This document shows positions 11,569 through 20,555 of a stretch of 64,000 nt of DNA, in pieces; position 1 is the first letter of the stretch; each line of letters begins with the position of its first letter. The notes beneath the pieces were generated by a model that was not told the origin of the DNA, searched no databases, and saw only the letters and a program-made list of their open reading frames with translations. Made by a program: the position numbers and the translations under genes. This DNA is from Trypanosoma brucei. Taxonomy: Eukaryota. The stretch is taken from assembly GCA_000002445.1 (NCBI GenBank), contig CM000207.1, positions 832,001 through 896,000 of the forward strand, read 5' to 3'.

Positions 11569-12807
11569 GTGGATGCCATGACTGTGTCTGAATTCGGCAG
11601 GTCTCGGGTGCTTTACAGACGTAATGGTGTCTCTGATGTCATCGAGGTGGGGAACACTACCGAACTGAATGATGTCATTGCATTACTTCGGTCCTTCTCT
11701 GGCGTTCCCAAGTCATATACAACTCTAGTTACCCCGTCTCTTGCCGAGCTGTGCGAGGATGCGGTTGGCGTGGAACGTTTGTGGACCAGCTCCGCCGAGC
11801 GCACTGAGCCGAAAGACTTTGCATGGCTTGAAGTTGAGACGGAGAGCGACGAAGTGATGAGACAGGTTCTCTCGGCGTTTCCCATCCATTCCAAAACGAG
11901 CGAGCTGGTACGGAGTAGTGAAAATAGAGTGGAGGTCGTGGAGATATTTCCGTCTTGCGGTTACGTATGGGTTAGCATCGCCGCCAAGGGGGCTGCATCA
12001 GAGTCTAGCGTTCCTGAGGATGATGAACCTGTTGTAGTCTCACTGATTGCGTATGAGCAGTTTCTTATCACGATGCATCGTAAACCTCTTTCGGGGTTTG
12101 AGGACATGAAGGCGCACATGGAAATGCTTGTTAAGTCCCCAGCTTCGTATGGGGCACCAGTTCCCACGGCCGTATGCTCTCTAATAAGTGGTTTTGTCAA
12201 GGAGTATCAAAAGGAGCTACTATCGTTACTTGTTGATGTTGATAACGTCAACGAATTAGTTCTCGAAATCCAACCCTCGGAGTGTGATCAGCTGGATTTG
12301 CTGCGACGTATCGATGATCTTCGGCACAGTCTCTCGCGGGTGCAGGCATCTTATTTCGCCAAGGAGCGCGTGCTGCAGAGACTTCTTCTTCCTGTTGTGA
12401 AGCGTACTTTCATATCCTCTGCCGTAGGTGTTGCCGCTCGGTACCAAAGGATGCTTTCCGGTTTAATTCTTTCTATTGAAAGGCTGCGGAAGGGTCGTGA
12501 TGTTCTCAATATGTCGAGCATGGGCCTTGTAAGTGGTGTTTCAATGCGGTTACTGCAGCGCTGTTATTGGATGGACTACTTGAATAATGTTATGACGATG
12601 ATGACGCTTGTTAGCATGCCTATATCTATTATCCCGGGCCTTTTCACCATGAACGTTCGTGTTCCCTTTGAGGACAGTGAGAGCTTCGTGCCCTTCTATG
12701 TTATTGTGGCAGTCACCGCTGGAATTTTTTTCCTAGGGATGTCGTACCCGGTGTATTTGTACCTCACCTTTAAGTCTCCGGGCGCGCTGGTGCCCACTTC
12801 GCACTAG
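11569..12807 (+). CDS. CorA/Mrs2-like divalent cation (Mg2+) transporter with an atypical TMN motif in place of GMN
   Basis: The C-terminus has two TM helices, ...LVSMPISIIPGLFTMNVRVPFEDSESFVP-FYVIVAVTAGIFFLGMSYPVYLYLTFKSP. This is the CorA layout of TM1 ending in (Y/F)GMN, an acidic loop, then TM2 followed by basic residues. The N-terminal region is soluble and about 300 aa long. Confidence 0.55.
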   Translation: MDAMTVSEFGRSRVLYRRNGVSDVIEVGNTTELNDVIALLRSFSGVPKSYTTLVTPSLAELCEDAVGVERLWTSSAERTEPKDFAWLEVETESDEVMRQVLSAFPIHSKTSELVRSSENRVEVVEIFPSCGYVWVSIAAKGAASESSVPEDDEPVVVSLIAYEQFLITMHRKPLSGFEDMKAHMEMLVKSPASYGAPVPTAVCSLISGFVKEYQKELLSLLVDVDNVNELVLEIQPSECDQLDLLRRIDDLRHSLSRVQASYFAKERVLQRLLLPVVKRTFISSAVGVAARYQRMLSGLILSIERLRKGRDVLNMSSMGLVSGVSMRLLQRCYWMDYLNNVMTMMTLVSMPISIIPGLFTMNVRVPFEDSESFVPFYVIVAVTAGIFFLGMSYPVYLYLTFKSPGALVPTSH

Positions 12808-13197
12808 CGAAAAGAGATGTTGCGAGAGATGACGGGTTTCCCTTATTTTTTTTTTTTACCGTTGTGTGAGAACGAAGAGAGGCAATGTGGTGGTATGAGG
12901 GGAATGTCATAGCGCGTTGCGATTGCGACGGTTGGTGTGAAGGGCAAAACAAGACTAAATCGTCGGGATTCCGATGGAAGGTTTCTCGAACTGTTCCCTC
13001 GCAGCGATAGCGCAACACACTCCTTTTCCTTTTTTTAAATCTGCTGGCTTGCACGTTTGTGCGAGCAAATTATTCTGTGTTGGCCCCTTGCCACCATTGT
13101 CGTTGGCTATGATACTGACTTTCCCTTATTCTGTTGTTGCCTTTGTTTTTTCCATAGTTAGAAGAAGCTTAACCTGCGTTAATCTGCTTGTCTATCG

Positions 13198-14295
13198 ATG
13201 AGGCGGAGCAGGGTACCCGCAGATGGCGTGAGCCACATTCTCGGTAAACGGGCCGTAGCGCTGCTCGTTCCCGTTTTAATAACACTGATGCTAGTGACAT
13301 GGTCTGTACTTAACCTGTCAAGTCTCATTGGGGAACGGCAAAATTCCCTTGTCATCGTTGAACCGTACGGAAACGAGTCAAGTTCGCTGCAGGTATTTGA
13401 GGCGTCTGTTATTAATGCTCTGGCAGTTGTTGCGCTTATTGTGGTCTTCACGTTCATTATGTTGGCGTTGTACAAGTTTGGGTTCGAAATAGTTCTCTAC
13501 GTGTGGCTGGGTGTGTCTGTGGGGTCAATCCTCTTTATCACGATGTGGGTTTTTTTGGATTTGGTACTTACCCGATTTCAAATACCGTATGATTTCATTA
13601 CAATGTTTCTGGTTCTGTGGAACACGGGTGTAGTTGGCCTGGTATCAATCTTTTATTATTCGCATCCGACGGTTGCGCAGGTGTACCTTATTGCCATATC
13701 GGTTATCGTTGCTTGGTCTGCTACGTCCCTGCCCGCCTGGACCACTTGGTGCTTGCTCGTAGCGGTTGCGATATATGATGTAGTCGCCGTGTTATGTCCG
13801 TACGGACCGCTTCGTATGCTCGTGGAGGCTGCTGATGAGCGCAACCGACCCATTCCAGCCCTTGTTTACGACAGTGACGCCCGGATTATTGTTGCAACTT
13901 CTTTCCCTGGAGAGGATGCGCAGATGGTTGAGATTGCGGCCAGGGCCCGAAAGCAAGAGGGAGGCAGGCAGCGACCCCGGAAGCGGCCCCCGTCTCCCCT
14001 GGACTCGCTTCTTGGCGACACTCCCTTTAAATTGGGGCTTGGCGATTTCATCTTCTACAGTTTGTTGTGTGGAATTGCTGCGAGCTACTCATTTATTCCG
14101 TGGTTGATGTCGGTGATTGCCGTCTTATTCGGCCTAGTTGGTACGTTGCTTTTCTTGGTGCTTTTCAAGGAAAAGTTGACGGCTCTTCCGGCACTTCCTA
14201 TATCGATAGCTCTGGGGGTGATCACCTACTTTTCATCCCGCTACTTGGTTGTGCCACTGGACTGGTTTGCGACTCTCTCTGTGCTTGCACTGTAG
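13198..14295 (+). CDS. Presenilin-like intramembrane aspartyl protease (peptidase family A22)
   Basis: Multi-pass membrane protein carrying AIYDVVAVLCPYGPLRMLVE (the TM6 YD motif; human PS1 has YDLVAVLCPKGPLRMLVE), GLGDFIFYSLL (the TM7 GxGD motif) and PALPISIALG (the PAL motif). Confidence 0.85.
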   Translation: MRRSRVPADGVSHILGKRAVALLVPVLITLMLVTWSVLNLSSLIGERQNSLVIVEPYGNESSSLQVFEASVINALAVVALIVVFTFIMLALYKFGFEIVLYVWLGVSVGSILFITMWVFLDLVLTRFQIPYDFITMFLVLWNTGVVGLVSIFYYSHPTVAQVYLIAISVIVAWSATSLPAWTTWCLLVAVAIYDVVAVLCPYGPLRMLVEAADERNRPIPALVYDSDARIIVATSFPGEDAQMVEIAARARKQEGGRQRPRKRPPSPLDSLLGDTPFKLGLGDFIFYSLLCGIAASYSFIPWLMSVIAVLFGLVGTLLFLVLFKEKLTALPALPISIALGVITYFSSRYLVVPLDWFATLSVLAL

Positions 14296-14484
14296 ATGAG
14301 TAGCATAGAACAGGTGATTCATTTTTTTTTCCATTCGTGTGTCCCCACCTGTGTTGCTCTGTAACATGTTCTTTTTGTGAGCGCTGCTGCTGCCGCTGCA
14401 TGCACCTGCTTCCGGGCCCCGAGCAAAACAACAACAATACACTATTACTGTTCTGATGTTTTCCGTCGCTGAGATACAGGCTCT

Positions 14485-15729
14485 TTGACGAGGGGGGAGG
14501 AGGAAAGGGTTTGTTGTCGCCGTCTTAGTGATTGGGTAAGGATGAACAAGTGCAAGCAAGCCGGTCGCCCGATGCTTTCGGAGCAGCGCCGGGAGACATT
14601 AGGTTCAATGTACAGTCTGGTCGGTAGCCACAGTGCAGTGAAACTATGCCGCTGGCAGAAGTCAATGATGCGTGGAATGGGCGGCTGTTACAAGTGGACG
14701 ATGTATGGCATTGAGTCCCATCGCTGCATGGAGGCAACACCCAGCATGGCATGTGCCAACAAGTGTGTGTTCTGCTGGCGATTAAATACTAATCCTACAG
14801 CGACAGAGTGGAAATGGCAAGTCGATAACCCACACGACATTGTCGAGGGGATGTTGACCAGCCACAAAACCCTTGTTCATGAGGTGCAGGGTATGCCCGG
14901 TGTAACGGCTGAAAGCTTGGAGGAAGCAAAGAACCCCAAGCACTGTGCCCTTTCTCTCGTGGGGGAGCCCATCTTATACCCCAAAGTTAATGAGTTTCTT
15001 CACATACTCCACACAAAGGGGATTTCTACGTTTCTTGTCAACAACGGTCAGTTCCCCGAAGCAGTGGAGAATTTGGCGACCGTCACACAGTTGTATTTGA
15101 GTGTTGACGCACCCAACAAGGAAGTGATGAAGATTTTAGACAGACCAGTTTTCGCTGATTACTGGGATCGCTTTAACCAAAGTGTCCTCTACATGAATCA
15201 AAGAAGGGAAAGAACCGTTTTTCGCCTGACGATGATCGATGGGTTCAATATGAGTGAGGACAACTTGCGAGAGTATAAGGTTCTCTTCGAGGTGGGTCGG
15301 CCAAACTTTATTGAGTTGAAACGGTTAACACCAGCGTTCTCTGGGAATGACAGGAGCATATTGAGGATGAAGAATGTTCCCACATGGGAGGGGTTGAAGA
15401 CATACGCCGCTCGCTTGTGTGAGACTATACTCGATGGTAAGGAGTATAGTGTGGCATCAGTACACGAGCACTCTGGGTGCATTCTCTTGGCGCAAAATCG
15501 CTTCAAAGTTGATGGTGTTTGGCACACGTGGATCGATTTTGACAAGTTCAATGCCATGGTGCTCGATCCTGCTGTTCGGCCGCGGATTGTAGCCGATGGT
15601 TACCTGCGCCCTACACCTGATTGGGCTCTACCAGATTCTCAGAGTGCTGGTTTCGACCCAGCTCAGTGTAGGCGCATCACACCCCGACGTCAGAAGTACA
15701 TGGATGCTAACGAGGGATCTGCCCCGTGA
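14485..15729 (+). CDS. TYW1: tRNA wybutosine-synthesizing protein 1 (TYW1), a short radical-SAM-only form without the N-terminal flavodoxin domain. An alternative start is the Met at 14545.
   Basis: The radical-SAM cluster motif CANKCVFCWR is identical to the TYW1 CxxxCxxC signature. The 414-aa length covers only the radical-SAM/TYW1 core. The first-Met N-terminus is Arg-rich (MTRGEEERVCCRRLSDWVRMNKCKQAGRP). Confidence 0.8.
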   Translation: MTRGEEERVCCRRLSDWVRMNKCKQAGRPMLSEQRRETLGSMYSLVGSHSAVKLCRWQKSMMRGMGGCYKWTMYGIESHRCMEATPSMACANKCVFCWRLNTNPTATEWKWQVDNPHDIVEGMLTSHKTLVHEVQGMPGVTAESLEEAKNPKHCALSLVGEPILYPKVNEFLHILHTKGISTFLVNNGQFPEAVENLATVTQLYLSVDAPNKEVMKILDRPVFADYWDRFNQSVLYMNQRRERTVFRLTMIDGFNMSEDNLREYKVLFEVGRPNFIELKRLTPAFSGNDRSILRMKNVPTWEGLKTYAARLCETILDGKEYSVASVHEHSGCILLAQNRFKVDGVWHTWIDFDKFNAMVLDPAVRPRIVADGYLRPTPDWALPDSQSAGFDPAQCRRITPRRQKYMDANEGSAP

Positions 15730-16752
15730 CCGACGTTTTTCGCCCATTTGTCGTCTTTGCGAATACTGAATTATCTAGGTGATGGTAACGGACAGGGCTG
15801 AAAAAGTGGTTGTGAGGGATTCGGTTTTTGTGTCATCGTAGCGACCAAGTTGCTCTGTATTATGCGCCTATGCTTGCTGTTTGTTTTCCCCCCTTTTTTA
15901 AAAAAAGAGGCAATCTTTTCTTTTCCCACGCCTATCAACGCTTTTAAAATCGAAAGCAAGTAACTCGCTAAGGACAAAGTTGTTTTTTCATCATCCCCCT
16001 GGAGACTCGTACCAGGCAAATAACAAAAACAGAGAAACCCGGTGGAGGTTCTACAGCATCGGCAGTGAAAACAATATGCCACCGAAGAGCAACGAAGATT
16101 ACGTGCCACCAAAGGACAAGGCTGAAGCCTTGGCCGAAGAGTACGAAAGTGCGCACCACGACCGCGCGGGATCTAACAAATCGGCCCCGAGTCACCAAAG
16201 CAAACCCAAGTCTGTGCGTTGATGCGGAGGCATCTATACCCGGCCTGCTCATTCTTTCTCTTTTCCCGATTTTGTCCATTTGAGTAATACGACCTCAATA
16301 GGGAATGACTATGGGTATGTGTAGCGTGGAGTGCCCTGCGTGAGCGGGTTGTGAAATTTGGGGGTTGGTGGGAGAAATTTTTTTTTTTTATGGTCGAGCG
16401 AAGGAAAGTTTAAACGAAAACGATCCAGTGCAAAGGGTAAAGAAAAGCAGGAATGCGAAGGAATGGAAGAAATATATTTTCGAAGCATTTATTATTATTA
16501 TTATTTCCATATATCTTTATATTTGTCTTTGTTCCGCTACTGAAATGGTGAAACAGAAAAGTGACGATACCGTTTCGTACGGAAGTATCAGGCACTGATC
16601 ATTGCCACTACTCTGTTGGCTTCCTTCCGTGTTTGGGCGTTGAAACTTTACTCATTTCAACGGTCTCTCTGCTCGGTTTTTTCTATGGTTGCCCTTTTTT
16701 TTTCCTTTTTACTGGTTCAACGCCGAACGGCGAAAAAAAAAAGCAGTCTCCC

Positions 16753-17343
16753 ATGGCGGACGTTGCTGACCCATCGTCAGAACTTATTAATGAGCTACGA
16801 GCACTTGTAGTTAGCGGCAGCGGCTTAGTACCACTTGACGAGAGGAAGGTACACACTGTTGTGGAAAACATGACTGATGCGTTTCGTCACTTGGAGTCCA
16901 TTTCACGGAACCCGTTTGCTGATCCTTCTCAACCTTATTACTCCGGCGCCATGAGGTTTTACAAAGCCAAATGCTTGAGGGATAAGCGCTGCGTGGTGGC
17001 ATACTTGCTGTGGAGACAGTCGCAGATCACGAAGTCATGGTGGGAGGCCCGGGACAACACAATCTCGAACATGTTAGCTCCGTGTGAGCGAACATTCTTG
17101 CAGGATTATAATGATGTCATGGTAGAGTACATGACGTCGTTTGCGGTTCCACTAGATCTTAGGTCATTCACGTGGCGTCCCCCTTCCACGCAGCAGTTGG
17201 AGGTGAGGGGACTGGTAAATCATGTGTTCGTTTCCTCCATCACCGGAGCTGTGATTAACCTTTACAAGGGTAAACAGATTCTTTTGGGATTTGAAGAGGC
17301 CGAATCGCTTATCCAGCAGGGGGTGGTAGAGCTTGTGGAGTAG
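16753..17343 (+). CDS. PSF1: GINS complex subunit Psf1
   Basis: The 196-aa product from [18 protein letters not shown] is the same length as human PSF1. [20 protein letters not shown] matches human [33 protein letters not shown] and the C-terminal [13 protein letters not shown] match human YIEVRCLKDYGEF and EQLIRQGVLEHI. The upstream part of the listed ORF is a pyrimidine tract. Confidence 0.75.
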   Translation: [196 protein letters not shown]

Positions 17344-17632
17344 TATCACCCTGATTGATAACCAACTGTTACCGTGAGGCAGTTAAGCTGGCGATGGCCT
17401 CGTGTGCGTGGTTCTGTGGGGTGACCCAGTTGAGGGAGGTTGTACTTTCCATCTTTTGTTTTTCATCACGTTACGGAAGTGTTCATGAGGGCAACTATGG
17501 GACTGCTCCCTTTTATCCTCTTTTCTTTTTCACTGTTTCCCGTTACAAGAGGTCTTTTTGCAACTTCTCTCATTTTGCTGCCTTCCACTCATTTTCTTGT
17601 GACACAGCCTCTATAGTTGCGACACCTTTTTA

Positions 17633-18469
17633 TTGTGTCTTTTTATGCTGATTAGTGCTGCTGATGTGAGCAGCGCTGCGCTTAGGGAGGAGATTCAACG
17701 GCGGAAAGATTTCTTTGCACTTCTGAATGTTGTGGCGCATCGGATGTATACACCTACGACCGTGGAGTGGCGACTTATAGATCACTGTCTGGGTGAGATA
17801 AACTATAGGTTTGCAGACTTTTCTTTTCTTGCGGGTTTTTTATTAGTGATGCCGATTTGCAGACATAAGCGTACAGCGTTTTCACGCTACGTCCTGCCAT
17901 TTTATGCGGGTCTTGTTGCTTATGACAATGCTCTGAGGTTGACGAACCCGTGCCCTGCAGTTACCTTCTGGAATTCCGTGGTGCTCCTTGACGGTCACTT
18001 GGGTGAAACGGCACGTCAGATATATGCGCCCAAGTGCTTTTACAAAGTTGAAAATGGGCATCGCCAGACCGGGGCACCGGTACGTTACGCCACTTTTCTG
18101 CACTTGTTGTGGGACACCGTTTCCGTTACCGCAGGTTCACTATTACTTCAGACGCTGTTGCGGTATACTTTCAATCGGTCGAGTTGGATGCACGAGTCGG
18201 GAGGCAGCACTGTCACATCTCTTGTCATAAGCACTCGGCTCTTTATTTGGAACGTGTTTGCGCTGAAATCGGAGGACACGAGTGTGGGGCGTGAATACAC
18301 TCTTAGGTTGAGTCTTCCCCACTTTATCGTATCACCGGGCCTTGTTCATTCTTACCGTAGTCGCCACCTGATTCTTTCACGGTCCTCATTTGGGAGTCAC
18401 ATGTGGTACCTTGCACACTTCCCGTGGGTATATTGCCTCAGTTCTAAAGGTAGAAGTCAAGGCGAGTGA
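17633..18469 (+). CDS. Hypothetical protein with no recognisable domain
   Basis: 278-aa ORF on the coding strand, filling the 1.5-kb gap between Psf1 and the next gene. It has some hydrophobic segments but no motif I can place. Confidence 0.3.
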   Translation: MCLFMLISAADVSSAALREEIQRRKDFFALLNVVAHRMYTPTTVEWRLIDHCLGEINYRFADFSFLAGFLLVMPICRHKRTAFSRYVLPFYAGLVAYDNALRLTNPCPAVTFWNSVVLLDGHLGETARQIYAPKCFYKVENGHRQTGAPVRYATFLHLLWDTVSVTAGSLLLQTLLRYTFNRSSWMHESGGSTVTSLVISTRLFIWNVFALKSEDTSVGREYTLRLSLPHFIVSPGLVHSYRSRHLILSRSSFGSHMWYLAHFPWVYCLSSKGRSQGE

Positions 18470-18764
18470 GGCGTGCACGTGTCTGCGATGACGGTAACCG
18501 ACTTAGCTTCCCTTCCTTTTGTTGCCTTCCTCACATTTTTGTTCATTGATGATAGGAGGACGCGTGACGCGGCATGATGCAACGAAATTAAAACAACCCT
18601 GAAAGTTCCTCTTCCTCCATCTGACATTAACTTTCCCTTCCGGTGGCATGTTCCTCCCGGGATGCCGCTGTTTGTGCAGTTGGGCAAGTGCCTCCGCACT
18701 TACATGCTTGCTGATTCCTTCAATGGAAAGGTGGATGGACGGATAACAATCACACTCTTCGTTT

Positions 18765-18821
18765 TTGTAGATCGCTTCGGATTTTTTCTCCGTTCTCCTT
18801 TTGTTTTCGCCTTTTTTTATT
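18765..18821 (+). promoter_or_regulatory. Polypyrimidine tract plus AG acceptor upstream of the HMG-box-like gene
   Basis: cttcggattttttctccgttctccttttgttttcgcctttttttatttttgcggcAG. The first in-frame Met follows 39 nt downstream. Confidence 0.5.
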
Positions 18822-18859
18822 TTTGCGGCAGAGACCCTGTGAGTCTCAGGAATAGAGAT

Positions 18860-20017
18860 ATGAGGCGGTGCTGTTGTGCCAAAAGCGGAAGGCCTCAGTT
18901 TCTCATTGACAGTCCGCACGTTCGCCACAGCATCAATGGCTTTGCTCTGTTCACCAAGGAACTCCAGATGGAGAAGGGTGTGCTGAAGGCGAAGGACCTG
19001 AAGAAGGGTCAAGATAATATGAAAGTTATTTCGTCACACTGGAAACAGCTTTCGAATAAAGAGCGAAATGATTATAATAGACGCGCGCGTGAAATAGGGG
19101 CCATGAGAGTGCCGAACACCGAAAAGGCATTCAACGACTTTAACCTTCTTATGCGTCTCATCTACCGGAGCGAGGACATCGCAGGCGCAGGGGACGAGAC
19201 CTTTACCGCACGCATGGTCAGCAATACAATGGCCCAACTCAATCCAGATCAAAAAAAGAAGCTGCGCAAGGAGTTTGTAACTCCGCCAACTAACATAGAA
19301 AACAAAACAAAGGAACAAATGAGACATATATCGTGGTATTACCCGCATATGCGGTATTTCGACTCTTTTACCGATATGCTTCAGTCTGTGGCACCCACGC
19401 GGAAGGAACTCTTTATCGCCGTCTCACGTGTCTTAAAAGTGAATCGCACCGCTTCCCAGCAGTCTTTGGCGGCGCTGAATCAAAAGTTTGAATCCCTTAA
19501 GGGGACTCATCTTAACAAGTTCCGACCCATCGGTGAGGAGGACATCACCTCTTTCGAGAAGTATTGTGCGTCGAATTGCGCCGGCTTTGACGTCCACGCC
19601 TTTAATATCATACGGCTATTTGCCCAGTTCCGTGGTCTGGTGACAGCGAAGAATTCTCCGAAGGGACAAGAAGCCATACAGTACAAAATGTTAATGGAAG
19701 CGGACCGCTTTCGTGAGAGTCTGTATTTCAAGGCCTTGCGCAATTTGGAGAGGGCCAAAGCTGGTCGAACTGCCGACCACGGGACGTACATTTCATACTT
19801 TTACCCAGATGGGGTATCCGTGCCACCCAAAACGTACGGGATAGAAACCCACTTGAACGATGTTCATGTCGCTACGCTGCTGGCTGAAACAAGGTTTGGG
19901 AGGTCTGTCTACGATGATGTTCTGGAGCGGACGGGCTGTTTCCGCAGCAAAGAAGCTAACCAGCTGCTTAGGGAGACGTACATAAACCCTACAAGCAAGA
20001 AAAAAGGGAAAGAATGA
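18860..20017 (+). CDS. Hypothetical protein with a possible N-terminal HMG-box-like segment. The start is taken at MRRCCC, after the pyrimidine tract and AG.
   Basis: The first 200 nt of the listed ORF translate a CT-rich pyrimidine tract (18765-18817) ending in AG at 18820, so the Met at 18860 is the likely start. RPQFLIDSPHVRHSINGFALFTKELQ...NMKVISSHWKQLSNKERNDYNRRA fits the HMG-box pattern (P..P.SA[YF]..F......W..L...EK..Y...A). Confidence 0.4.
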   Translation: MRRCCCAKSGRPQFLIDSPHVRHSINGFALFTKELQMEKGVLKAKDLKKGQDNMKVISSHWKQLSNKERNDYNRRAREIGAMRVPNTEKAFNDFNLLMRLIYRSEDIAGAGDETFTARMVSNTMAQLNPDQKKKLRKEFVTPPTNIENKTKEQMRHISWYYPHMRYFDSFTDMLQSVAPTRKELFIAVSRVLKVNRTASQQSLAALNQKFESLKGTHLNKFRPIGEEDITSFEKYCASNCAGFDVHAFNIIRLFAQFRGLVTAKNSPKGQEAIQYKMLMEADRFRESLYFKALRNLERAKAGRTADHGTYISYFYPDGVSVPPKTYGIETHLNDVHVATLLAETRFGRSVYDDVLERTGCFRSKEANQLLRETYINPTSKKKGKE

Positions 20018-20211
20018 AGTAACGATTATAGATACATAAACCATTTCCTCTCATTTTTTCCCTCTCTCATGATTACTTTTTATGTTTTCCTCCTTTTCTT
20101 GTTGCATTATGTTACTTGGGGGCATGCGCGTACGGGTGAGTGCTGGTGTTCGGGCTGTTAGGGAAGATGACAATTAATACATGTTCACGTGTGAAGGTCC
20201 CGACATATGGC

Positions 20212-20340
20212 ATTTGTACTTTTTTTTTTTGCGAACTGACGGAAGTTGGTTCTCCTTGCCGGTCGTGCATTCCGCCCTTCTCTCTCCCTTCCAATTCGCT
20301 ACCATTTTTTTTTTGAAATTTCCTTTCCCACTGCTCTGCT
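20212..20340 (+). promoter_or_regulatory. Polypyrimidine tract followed by AG, the presumed trans-splicing (spliced-leader) acceptor signal for PDEB1
   Basis: T12 followed by CT-rich runs (ccatttttttttttgaaatttcctttcccactgctctgcttt) about 200-300 nt upstream of the PDEB1 ATG, with several AG dinucleotides downstream. This is the usual kinetoplastid layout. Confidence 0.55.
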
Positions 20341-20555
20341 TTATGAGGTGTAGAAGCAGATTGTGACGGTGCGACATTTCAATGTATTCTATGACAGTAT
20401 AGCCTTTTCACTTGTTTGTAACTGCTGAATTCTTTAAACTCTCGGCATTTGTTACCTTTTCTCCCCGAGCATCGGCAGCATAACCTTTTGTTTTGCCTAG
20501 AGGACATCTCACTCTCTTAGCATAGTACTCATTGTGCACAGTTGGACACTACGTC

